From positions 17 to 64,016 of the forward strand of contig JBKJJJ010000162.1 in the NCBI GenBank assembly GCA_046598045.1: a DNA stretch of 64,000 nt. The letters run 5' to 3'. The position numbers and the translations under genes are program-made. Position 1 is the first letter of the stretch. Each line of letters starts with the position of its first letter. This document shows, piece by piece, positions 9,213 through 17,901 of the stretch. Source of the stretch: Candidatus Eiseniibacteriota bacterium (GTDB taxonomy: Bacteria; Eisenbacteria; RBG-16-71-46; DASYSL01). The notes beneath the pieces were generated by a model. That model saw nothing but the letters and a program-made list of their open reading frames with translations. It made no database searches and was not told where the DNA came from.

Positions 9213-10127
9213 ATGAAGTTTGGTATCGGTCGAATGGTGTTGGCGGCGCTGGTCGGCTTGGCATTCGCGGGTGGCCCGGCTGCGGCCCAGAAACTCGATT
9301 CCCCGACCCTCAGCACGATCAGCGCGAAGCCGTCCACGGTGCGTGTGCGGGTCAACGCGGGAGCGAGCGGAGCGCAGCAGGGCTTCACGGCGCAGTGGAT
9401 GAAGAAGTCCGACTTCGACGCGATGGGCGGCTGGCCGGCAGGGCCGAGCGCGCTCGTCCGCTCGGGCGACTTCGAAGGCATGCCGGTGTGGACGACCGAC
9501 GGGAACGGCGGCGACTACACGATCGCGGCCTCGGAGTGGATTGCGATCGAGCTCGGCCAGCTGTTCGACGAGACCGGCGTCTCCGCGACATCGACCGACG
9601 AGCTCGAGGCCGGTACCGACTACGTCGTGCATGTCACGGCGCGTGGTGGCGCGGGCTCTGCCGATAGCCAGCCTTCGAGCGACCTGATCGTCAGCACGCT
9701 GACGGCGGCCCGGAACTGCACGTTCACGCTCGGCTACTGGAAGAACCACACGGGTGCGTGGCCGGTGCTCAGCCTGACGCTCGGCACGGTGACCTACAAC
9801 CAGGCGCAGCTGCTGTCGATCCTGAACCAGCCCTCGGGCGGCAATGGGCTGATCATCCTCGCGCACCAGCTGATTGCGGCGAAGCTGAACCTTGCAAACG
9901 GCGCGAACCCGTCCTTCATCTCGCCGACGATCACGGCCGCGGATGCTCAGATCGGCGCGCTGGTCGTGCCGCCGGTTGGATCGGGCTACCTCTCGCCCGC
10001 TTCGACGAGTGCGAACGCGCACACGCTGGACGACTGGAACAACGGCATCACGGGTCCGGGACACTGCGCCTCGACGCCGGCGGCGAACTCGACCTGGGGC
10101 TCGATCAAGTCGCTCTATCGCCACTAG
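9213..10127 (+). CDS. Secreted protein, paralog of 7264..8175, C-terminal ...NSTWGSIKSLYRH tail (family member D)
   Basis: 304 aa from internal ATG with AAGGAGAAG RBS; signal peptide MKFGIGRMVLAALVGLAFAGGPAAAQ; shares NCTFTLGYWKNH and GPGHC blocks. Confidence 0.7.
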   Translation: MKFGIGRMVLAALVGLAFAGGPAAAQKLDSPTLSTISAKPSTVRVRVNAGASGAQQGFTAQWMKKSDFDAMGGWPAGPSALVRSGDFEGMPVWTTDGNGGDYTIAASEWIAIELGQLFDETGVSATSTDELEAGTDYVVHVTARGGAGSADSQPSSDLIVSTLTAARNCTFTLGYWKNHTGAWPVLSLTLGTVTYNQAQLLSILNQPSGGNGLIILAHQLIAAKLNLANGANPSFISPTITAADAQIGALVVPPVGSGYLSPASTSANAHTLDDWNNGITGPGHCASTPAANSTWGSIKSLYRH

Positions 10128-10165
10128 GCGGGACTCGCCTGCGGGCGAATCGCGGCAACCAACGC

Positions 10166-10207
10166 GGCGGGCGGGGGGCTTCGGCTCCCCGCCCGCGCTC
10201 GTTTTCA
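10166..10207 (+). terminator. Rho-independent terminator candidate (GCGGGCGGGGGGC-ttcg-GCTCCCCGCCCGC + GCTCGTTTTC)
   Basis: 12/13-bp GC stem with tetraloop and U-rich tail ~40 nt after stop at 10127. Confidence 0.6.
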
Positions 10208-10266
10208 GGGGCGGGACCGGTTATAGTGCGGAGGTCGCTCGAACTTCCCCCCTCCCTCGCGTGGAG

Positions 10267-11337
10267 ATGCTCGACGTGTCCTCCCCTGCCGACCCCCGGG
10301 CGGCGCTCCATCCGAGCGTCGATTCGGTGTTCATGCGCGCCTGCCGGCGCGAGCCCGTCCCCTACACGCCGATCTGGCTGATGCGCCAGGCCGGGCGCTA
10401 CATGGCCGAGTACCGCGCCGTGCGCGCCAAAGTCTCGATGCTCGAGCTCTGCAAGTCGCCCGACCTGGTCGCCGAGGTGACCACGTTCGCGCGCAATCGC
10501 ATCGGCGCCGACGCCGCGATCCTGTTCGCCGACCTCCTGCTGGTGGTCGAGCCGCTCGGCCTCACGCTCACGTTCGCCGCCGGCGAGGGCCCCGTGATCG
10601 ACCCTCCCGTGCGAGGCGGCGGGGACGTCGACGCGCTGCGAGAGGTCGAGCCCGACGCGCTCGCCTACGTCTACGACGCCGTGCGCGCGACCCGGGCCGC
10701 GCTCGAGCCGGAAATCCCGCTGATCGGCTTCGCGGGCGCGCCGTTCACCGTGGCCTCCTACCTGATCGAGGGCCGGGGCTCCCGCCAGTACGAGCACACC
10801 AAGGCCCTCATGTACGGCAACGAGGGAGCCTGGAACGCGCTGATGGAGAAGATCGTGCGCGCGCAGGTCGGCTACCTCAATCGCCAGGTCCAGGCCGGCT
10901 GCCAGGCGCTGCAGTTGTTCGACAGCTGGGTGGGCGCGCTCTCCCCCGCCGATTACCGCCGCTACGTCCTGCCGCATGTCGCGCGGCTGATCGCGGGCAT
11001 CACACCCGGCGTGCCGGTGATCCACTTCGGCACCGGGACGGGCGCGCTGCTCCACGACATGAAGGCCGCGGGCGGCGACGTGATCGGACTCGACTGGCGC
11101 GTCGAGCTGGGATCCACGTGGGACGCGCTCGGCGCGGATGTCTCGGTCATGGGCAACCTCGATCCGCTCACGCTGCTCGGGCCGCCCGAGGTGATGGAGC
11201 GCGAGGCGCGCCGCATCCTCGACGAGGCGAACGGCCGCGCGGGGCACATCTTCAACCTCGGACACGGCGTGCTGCCGCAGACGCCTGTCGAGAACGTCGT
11301 CCGCCTCGTGGACTTCGTGCACGAGGCCACGCGATGA
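10267..11337 (+). CDS. hemE: Uroporphyrinogen decarboxylase
   Basis: 356 aa; 'PIWLMRQAGRY' signature and full-length similarity to HemE/UroD. Confidence 0.9.
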   Translation: MLDVSSPADPRAALHPSVDSVFMRACRREPVPYTPIWLMRQAGRYMAEYRAVRAKVSMLELCKSPDLVAEVTTFARNRIGADAAILFADLLLVVEPLGLTLTFAAGEGPVIDPPVRGGGDVDALREVEPDALAYVYDAVRATRAALEPEIPLIGFAGAPFTVASYLIEGRGSRQYEHTKALMYGNEGAWNALMEKIVRAQVGYLNRQVQAGCQALQLFDSWVGALSPADYRRYVLPHVARLIAGITPGVPVIHFGTGTGALLHDMKAAGGDVIGLDWRVELGSTWDALGADVSVMGNLDPLTLLGPPEVMEREARRILDEANGRAGHIFNLGHGVLPQTPVENVVRLVDFVHEATR

Positions 11338-12302
11338 GCGCGGCGCCGATCGACTCGGTGCTGTTCCTCGGCTTCGGCGGTCCCGAGAAGCCCGAGCAGA
11401 TCATGCCGTTCCTGCGCAACGTGGTCTTCGGCCGCGGCATCCCCGACGAGCGCCTGGCCGAGGTCGAGCACCACTACCACGACGTCGGGGGCCGCTCCCC
11501 CTACAACGAGCTGACCGGGCGCCAGCGCGCCGGCGTCGAGCGCTTCCTGCGCGCGCACGGCGTCGACCTGCCGGTCTACACGGCGATGCGCAACTGGGAC
11601 CCCTACATGGAGGCCGTGATCGGGCAGATGAACCGGGACGGCCGCCGCCATGCGCTCGGCGTGATCCTGGCGGGGCATCGCTCCGAGGTCAGCTGGCAGC
11701 GCTACATGGGCGACGTCACGTGCGCGATCATGGGCAACGGCGGCATCGGGCCCGAGGTCACCTACCTCGACGCCTGGTACGATCACCCGCGCTTCCTCGA
11801 GGCGAACGCGCAGTTGCTCGAGCAGGCGTCGGGCCGCGTGCGGGGCGCGTGGCCGAAGGACCTGCCGGTGCTGTTCACCGCGCACTCGATCCCGACCGCG
11901 ATGGCCGAGGCGTCGCCGTACGTCTCCGACCTGACCGCCTCGTGCGCGGGCGTGGCGCGGATCCTCGGCGTGAGCGACTGGGAGCTGTGCTACCAGAGCC
12001 GCAGCGGCAGCCCGCGCACGCCGTGGCTCGAGCCCGACATCAGCGACGTGCTGCGCCGCCGCGCGGCCGAGGGCGTACACGAGGTCGTGGTGCAGGCGAT
12101 CGGGTTCCTCTCGGATCACGTCGAGGTGCTGTTCGACCTCGACATCGAAGCCAAGGCGACCGCGCGCGAGCTCGGGATGACGCTCCACCGCGCCCCGTGC
12201 GTCAACGACCACCCCGAGTTCACGGCCATGCTCGGCGAACTGCTGATCGCCCGGCTCGAGAGCGCGCGTTTCGAAGCGGCGCGGACCACCCCGCGCGCGT
12301 GA
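11334..12302 (+). CDS. hemH: Ferrochelatase (likely coproporphyrin ferrochelatase type)
   Basis: 322 aa; 'MSAAPIDSVLFLGFGGPE', conserved His/Glu ferrochelatase blocks; ATGA overlap with hemE stop. Confidence 0.9.
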   Translation: MSAAPIDSVLFLGFGGPEKPEQIMPFLRNVVFGRGIPDERLAEVEHHYHDVGGRSPYNELTGRQRAGVERFLRAHGVDLPVYTAMRNWDPYMEAVIGQMNRDGRRHALGVILAGHRSEVSWQRYMGDVTCAIMGNGGIGPEVTYLDAWYDHPRFLEANAQLLEQASGRVRGAWPKDLPVLFTAHSIPTAMAEASPYVSDLTASCAGVARILGVSDWELCYQSRSGSPRTPWLEPDISDVLRRRAAEGVHEVVVQAIGFLSDHVEVLFDLDIEAKATARELGMTLHRAPCVNDHPEFTAMLGELLIARLESARFEAARTTPRA

Positions 12303-13753
12303 GCCGCCGCGTCGCGATCGTCGGCGGCGGGATCACCGGCCTCGCCGCCGCGCACCATCTCGGCGAGCTCGCAGCCGCGGCCGGCTCCGCCCCGCCGGAG
12401 GTCGTCGTGTTCGAGGCCGCGCCCCGCGCGGGAGGCATCGTCTCGACCGCGCGCCGCGGCGACCTCGTGTTCGAGGAGGGGCCCGACTCGTTCATCACCG
12501 ACAAGCCCGAGGCGCTCGCGCTCGTGCGCCGGCTCGGACTCGAGCCCGCCGTGCGCGGCACGCGGCCCGAGTTCCGCAGGAGCTACGTCGTGCGCAACGG
12601 GCGGCCGGTCCCCACGCCCGAGGGCTTCTACCTGCTCGCGCCCACGCGGCTCGGGCCCGTATTCCGGAGCCCCCTGTTCAGCCCGCTCGGCAAGCTGCGC
12701 ATGGCGCTCGAACCGTGGGTGCCCGCGCGCAGGACGCACGGCGAGGACGACGACGAAAGCCTGGCCTCGTTCGTCACCCGGCGACTCGGCCGGGAAACGC
12801 TCGAGCGCATCGCGCAGGCGATGGTCGGCGGCATCTACGGCGCGGCGCCCGAGGAGCTGTCGCTCGGCGCCACGTTCCCGCGCTTTCTCGCGCTCGAGCG
12901 CGAGTACGGGAGCGTGGTTCGCGGGCTCCAGCGGACGCGGCCCGGGGCAGCAGGCACGATCGGAGTCGGCGACTCGGGCGATGCCGGCGTAAGCGGGCCG
13001 CGCTACGGGCTGTTCGCCACGCTCGAAGGCGGGCTCGAGGCGCTCACGGATGCACTGGTCGCGCGACTTCCTGCCGGCGCTCTGCGGCTCGGGTCGCGCG
13101 TGGAGTCGCTCGCTCCTGCGCCGGGCGGTGGTTGGGCGGTGCACGCGAAGGGCGAGAGCGAGTCGTTCGACGCGATCATCCTCGCGCTGCCCGCCGCAGC
13201 CGCGGCTCGCCTCGTAGAGGGATTCGATGCCGATCTCGCAACCCTGCTGGGCGCCTTCTCGAGTGCATCTTCGATCACGCTCTCGCTGGCCTACGACGCG
13301 CGCGCGATCGCGCACCCGATGGATGGCGCCGGGCTCGTCGTCCCGCGCAGCGAGTCGGCCGCGCTGTCGGGCCTGATCGGGCTGTCGTTCACGCACCGCA
13401 AGTTCGACCACCGCGCGCCGGCGGGGACGGCGCTGCTCCGGTTGTTCTTCGGGGAGTCGGCGATCGCGCTCGACGATGCCGAGCTGCGGCGCCGAGGCCA
13501 CGACGCGGTGGCGCGGGTACTTGGGGCGGGCGCACCGCCGACGGCGACGCATGTGGCGCGCTGGCCGGGCGGGATGCCGCGTTATCGGGTGGGACACCGG
13601 GCGCGCGTGCGGGCGACGTACGAGGCAGTAGCGAGGCACGCCGGGCTGGCGCTGGCAGGTAATTCTTACGGGGGCGTCGGCCTCCCCGATTGCATCCGCA
13701 GCGGAGAAGCCGCAGCGACTGCGGTGCGCGAATGGACCGCAGGTGACGAGTGA
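12299..13753 (+). CDS. hemY: Protoporphyrinogen/coproporphyrinogen III oxidase (FAD-dependent, HemY family)
   Basis: 484 aa; GTG start overlapping hemH stop; N-terminal FAD motif 'VAIVGGGITGLAAA'; hemE-hemH-hemY order typical of coproporphyrin-dependent pathway. Confidence 0.8.
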   Translation: MSRRVAIVGGGITGLAAAHHLGELAAAAGSAPPEVVVFEAAPRAGGIVSTARRGDLVFEEGPDSFITDKPEALALVRRLGLEPAVRGTRPEFRRSYVVRNGRPVPTPEGFYLLAPTRLGPVFRSPLFSPLGKLRMALEPWVPARRTHGEDDDESLASFVTRRLGRETLERIAQAMVGGIYGAAPEELSLGATFPRFLALEREYGSVVRGLQRTRPGAAGTIGVGDSGDAGVSGPRYGLFATLEGGLEALTDALVARLPAGALRLGSRVESLAPAPGGGWAVHAKGESESFDAIILALPAAAAARLVEGFDADLATLLGAFSSASSITLSLAYDARAIAHPMDGAGLVVPRSESAALSGLIGLSFTHRKFDHRAPAGTALLRLFFGESAIALDDAELRRRGHDAVARVLGAGAPPTATHVARWPGGMPRYRVGHRARVRATYEAVARHAGLALAGNSYGGVGLPDCIRSGEAAATAVREWTAGDE

Positions 13754-13805
13754 GCGATGGGCGGCAAGGCGCTTCGGATCTCACCACGATCCGATGAGAA
13801 ACCAA

Positions 13806-13821
13806 GGTGCCGGCCGGCACC
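13806..13821. terminator. Perfect 16-nt palindrome GGTGCCGGCCGGCACC between convergent hemY and Kelch gene (candidate bidirectional hairpin)
   Basis: Seen in 126-nt convergent intergenic region; no strong U-tract. Confidence 0.3.
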
Positions 13822-13879
13822 TGCCGACCGGCATCGAGTTTGTGGAAGCTCGCTGTGACCAAGCAACCAGGACGTGAGG

Positions 13880-16800
13880 CTACGACCCGCCGAGCAGGAT
13901 CAACTTCTTGCGGCTCGTCCACTCCCCCGCTTCCATGCGATAGAAGAACATTCCGGAGCCCAGGCGGCGTCCGTCGTCGTTCGTCCCGTCCCACACGACC
14001 TCATCGGGACCCGCAGCCGCGTTGCGGTCGACCAGCGTGCGTACCAGCCGCCCTGCCACGTCGTAGACCCGGATCCGAACGCGTGCTGAATGCGCCAACG
14101 AGTACTCGATGGTCGTACGCCCGATCGCCGGATTGGGCCGGCCCACGCCGAGCGAGAACTGGAACGCCTGGATCGTCGCGCGATTGCCGTTCTCCGCCTG
14201 CGCGATCGCTGCCGATGCGAGCGAAACGGTCGAGCTCTTCGCGCGCACGAAGGTGGTCCGAACGACCGTGCTCGCCTGCGTGGCGGGCGCGCTCCAGCGC
14301 GCGATCAGGACCTCGGTGGCCCCAATACTCGCTGCGACACCGTCGGCCGAGGCGAGATCGGTCATCGAGACCGTTTTCGATCCCTCGCTCGCGGAGGACA
14401 GTAGGAGGGTCGAGACCTTCGGATCGGCGCCGGTGACCTCCACGTGGCCGGCAGCACGCACCTGGAACGGGGCCTCTGAGTAGAGCCGCATGCGGGTCAC
14501 GCACGAGTCGAACACGGCCTCGGCAAAGTTCAGGCGAGGTTCGAACTGGCCGGCGGCGCGCCAGCCGCCGCCCGGGGCAGGCGTCTCGACGAACACCGTG
14601 CGGTTCTCGCCGGCTTGCGGCAGGTCTCGCGAGGCACGGCGTGCCACGACGAAGCCGGGCACAGTGGTCCCCTCCGCCTTCCCGTCGAAGGTAACCACGA
14701 GCGTGTCCTGCGCTTCCACCTCGAACATCATCCCCGCCTCACCCATGGCCTGCGAAGTGACCTCGCCGGCCATACTCTCGACTCGAGCCGCAGGGACGGC
14801 CTGCCCGAGGTAGTTATGCCCGGCGCTCGCAAAGGCGTCCTCGCTCGCCGCGTGATCGACCGTCCAGAGCTGGAGTTGGTCGAGGCTCGTGACGGCTTGC
14901 CCGGTCTGGGACACCTTGAGGGCGTAGCTGCCGTCGCTCGCCAATGGCGTTGCCGCAAGCTTGAGGGGCATCGCGTCCCCGGAGGAGGTCGCAAGCGCGT
15001 TCACCTCCTGCCACCCGCTGCCGGAGCCACCCGCCATCATCGCCCCCAGGCCTCCGCCGCCACAGCCATTGACGCAGATCGGCTCCTCGGGCGTAGCCGT
15101 CGAGCCGAGACGGATCCACTTGCCGATCGAGGGCGTCTGGTCTCCCCGCACCGCAAACACGAGGTAATCCCCGGGCGGGGCGATGCTGCTGTTGGCAGGC
15201 GCCGTCGCGTAGAGCTCGCGCCCGTTGCACGAACTCTGGAACGCCAGCGGGATGAAGCGCTGGTCCATATTCCAGGCGTGGGTCGAGGCCGCGGGGCGCA
15301 GGAGGTTGACCTGGATCACCGAGGGCGCGGTGCCGAAGTTGTCGACACAGATCTTGAACGTGACGCCGTAGTTGACGTCGTTGGTCGGGGTGATCACCGG
15401 CCGGGTCTTCAGCCCCCCGCTGGCCGAGAAGAGATACGGCGGGCAATAGACGTTCGCCTTGATCGCGTCCTGGCCCGCGACGTCATCGCGATAGTTCGAA
15501 AACCCGCTGGTCGAGAGCACGCGGCCATCGGGCAACAGGATCGCATTCGAGTGATAACCCCGGATCGCGTCCTGGGAGGCGAGCGCGTCGCTGCCGCCCA
15601 CCGAGGTCCAGAGATTGGTCGCGGGGTCCCACATCTGGGGCGTGTACTGGGGCTGCAGATTGCCGTCGTTGTCGACGACCCCCGTACCGCCCACCGCGAG
15701 CACCTTGCCATTGGGAAGGATCACGTAATTGCAGTTCACGCGGCCGCCGAGGCTGTCGGTCGCAACCCACGTTGGGCTCGAGGCAAGGTTGTTGAGGTTG
15801 ATGCGTTGAGCCATGCCGCGTGCGGCCAAGTCCTGTGCGTCGGTATCGCGTCCACCGACCTTGAGGATCTGGCCCGGGAGGAACATCACGGCTGACCCGC
15901 CGCGGAAGCGTGCCAGCGCACTCGGAATGGTCTCCGGGAACGGGCGCCAGTAGCCCTTGGTCGGGCTCCCCGGCTTGAGCACCAGCAACATGGTGGTGTC
16001 ATTGGGTCCGGCATAGAAGATCCGCGTCGAGTCGGTCTGCGGCAGGACGAAATGAAACGGGTACCAGTCCTGGCGCTTTTTCGTCTCGATGTCGGTCCAG
16101 TGGTGGGTCGTGGGATCGAAGATCTCCTGCTTGCGCGCCCACAGGTTCTGGCCATAGATCATCGAGTGCCCGACGGCAGAGCCCTTGGGGTCAGCGGGCA
16201 ATGCGGTCCAGGATTGGACGCTTGGTGTCGTCAGCCGATAGATCGGCAGCGCCCAGGTCTCCGCGCTCGCGGTGCCGCCCACGTCCCCGCCCGAGATGAT
16301 GATCTGTCCGCCCGCCGCGTCCAACTGCGACGCGAAATGATATCGACCCGAGGGCATCGTGGCCCCGGGAATGTGCACGCGCTGCCAGCGATAGGGCGCC
16401 CCGGAGCCCGGCACGGGGAACCACAGCACCCACACGGTGTCGGGAGCGCACATCCCGCTGACTCCCTTGCCGCCCCACATGATGGCCCGATGCTCATAGT
16501 TGGGGTTGGGCGCCCCCTCCTGGAGCAAGTATTCGTGCGGGTCCAGCAGAAACGCGTGACCGTGGCGGATCGAGGGGACGCTCTGCGTGGCCGAGTCGGG
16601 CGCCACGCTCAGTTCGCTCCACGCGGTGTCGGGGCTGACGTCGAGCGCATACACCTTGCTATCGATCGGGGCGTCGCTGGCATTCGCTCCGCCGTAGACC
16701 ACCATGCGAAGATTGTCGTTGTCCCAGAGCGCGGTGTGCCCGTGACGGGCCGAAGGTGGGGTTCCGCTCGGCGTGAGCTGACGCCAGAACCAGTTGGTAT

Positions 16801-17791
16801 TTGGTGGGCCGGAGGGTACGTCGAGCTTCCAGAGATCTTGGAGCACAACGGTTCCAGAAAACCGGCCGCCGAACAGGAGTACTGTGCCGTTACCGGGGAC
16901 GAGCGTTGCATGATTCCAGCGCTTCGGGGGCTTCTGTGTGTGAGCAACCTGAATAGCGGCGTAGTTCTCTACGTCGTCAAAGTCTTGATTGCGATACATA
17001 AACCAAGTGTCATCCTTCGGACCGGTCGCGTCTTGCCCGCCAAAGATCGTCCACTCGTTGTTGGTATTGTTGAATGACGAGCTATGCCCTTCCCGCGCAC
17101 TTGGCCATGCCAACGGGTTGGTTGACACCTCGCGCCCCGCGGGCTCCCAGGTGCCGCCGGGGATCAAGCCAAGACGCCTGAGGCTATCCGGAAGTAGCGA
17201 ACCGCCCGAGGGCGCACTGCGCCCTCCGAACAGTTCCATGTCGATGTAGCGCGAACCCGAGGAGACGAGCACGCGGCCATCCGGCAGTATCGTGTTCGTC
17301 GGATACCACCGGCGCTCCGCCATGTGATCCTGCGATTGCCACGTGTTGGTCAAGGGATCCCAGATGGCGCTTTGCGTGATGCCGGTCTCGCCGGCCTCGG
17401 TTCCGCCTGCGATCAGGACGCGGCCATCGGCGAGCACCGTGTGCGCGGTGCAAAAAATGTTGTCTGGCGGCGTCGGAAGCACGCCTGCGACAAAGCAGTT
17501 TGTGGGATAGACATTGCAGTTCAGACTGTCCGTCGCGCTCGCGGGACGCCACTTCCAAATGCCCCCCAAGAATCCACCGTTCGGCAGCGGGTGTCCCTCG
17601 TACCAAAGGATGTCGCTGTGTTCCCCGCCGTACCCGCGCGTGAGGACCATGTGCACCGCCTCCACGCCCCAGAGCGCACCGATATCGCTTTTGGAGGTCC
17701 ACTTGCCGTGGAGCGAGGTCTGCCCCCAGGCCGGCGTGGTGCAGGCTAGGAAGGCCAGCAGGGGCGGCGCACAACGTCGAAACAGGCGCAT
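13880..17791 (-). CDS. Large secreted Kelch/galactose-oxidase-like beta-propeller repeat protein with T9SS-type (Por_Secre_tail/FlgD-Ig-like) C-terminal sorting domain
   Basis: 1303 aa; signal peptide MRLFRRCAPPLLAFLACTTPAWGQ; repeated Kelch-like blocks; C-terminus '...VYDVAGRLVRTLVD...VVWDGTNDDGRRLGSGMFFYRMEAGEWTSRKKLILL' matches T9SS CTD pattern. Confidence 0.8.
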   Translation of the reverse strand: MRLFRRCAPPLLAFLACTTPAWGQTSLHGKWTSKSDIGALWGVEAVHMVLTRGYGGEHSDILWYEGHPLPNGGFLGGIWKWRPASATDSLNCNVYPTNCFVAGVLPTPPDNIFCTAHTVLADGRVLIAGGTEAGETGITQSAIWDPLTNTWQSQDHMAERRWYPTNTILPDGRVLVSSGSRYIDMELFGGRSAPSGGSLLPDSLRRLGLIPGGTWEPAGREVSTNPLAWPSAREGHSSSFNNTNNEWTIFGGQDATGPKDDTWFMYRNQDFDDVENYAAIQVAHTQKPPKRWNHATLVPGNGTVLLFGGRFSGTVVLQDLWKLDVPSGPPNTNWFWRQLTPSGTPPSARHGHTALWDNDNLRMVVYGGANASDAPIDSKVYALDVSPDTAWSELSVAPDSATQSVPSIRHGHAFLLDPHEYLLQEGAPNPNYEHRAIMWGGKGVSGMCAPDTVWVLWFPVPGSGAPYRWQRVHIPGATMPSGRYHFASQLDAAGGQIIISGGDVGGTASAETWALPIYRLTTPSVQSWTALPADPKGSAVGHSMIYGQNLWARKQEIFDPTTHHWTDIETKKRQDWYPFHFVLPQTDSTRIFYAGPNDTTMLLVLKPGSPTKGYWRPFPETIPSALARFRGGSAVMFLPGQILKVGGRDTDAQDLAARGMAQRINLNNLASSPTWVATDSLGGRVNCNYVILPNGKVLAVGGTGVVDNDGNLQPQYTPQMWDPATNLWTSVGGSDALASQDAIRGYHSNAILLPDGRVLSTSGFSNYRDDVAGQDAIKANVYCPPYLFSASGGLKTRPVITPTNDVNYGVTFKICVDNFGTAPSVIQVNLLRPAASTHAWNMDQRFIPLAFQSSCNGRELYATAPANSSIAPPGDYLVFAVRGDQTPSIGKWIRLGSTATPEEPICVNGCGGGGLGAMMAGGSGSGWQEVNALATSSGDAMPLKLAATPLASDGSYALKVSQTGQAVTSLDQLQLWTVDHAASEDAFASAGHNYLGQAVPAARVESMAGEVTSQAMGEAGMMFEVEAQDTLVVTFDGKAEGTTVPGFVVARRASRDLPQAGENRTVFVETPAPGGGWRAAGQFEPRLNFAEAVFDSCVTRMRLYSEAPFQVRAAGHVEVTGADPKVSTLLLSSASEGSKTVSMTDLASADGVAASIGATEVLIARWSAPATQASTVVRTTFVRAKSSTVSLASAAIAQAENGNRATIQAFQFSLGVGRPNPAIGRTTIEYSLAHSARVRIRVYDVAGRLVRTLVDRNAAAGPDEVVWDGTNDDGRRLGSGMFFYRMEAGEWTSRKKLILLGGS

Positions 17792-17901
17792 GGGGGGATC
17801 CTTCTGTGGATTTGGAGGTTGCGGCGCGGGGGTGGTTCAACGCGGGGGGCTGGACGAGGAGGACTCTCGCACACTTGAAAAACAAGCGTCAAGGCGGGAT
17901 A

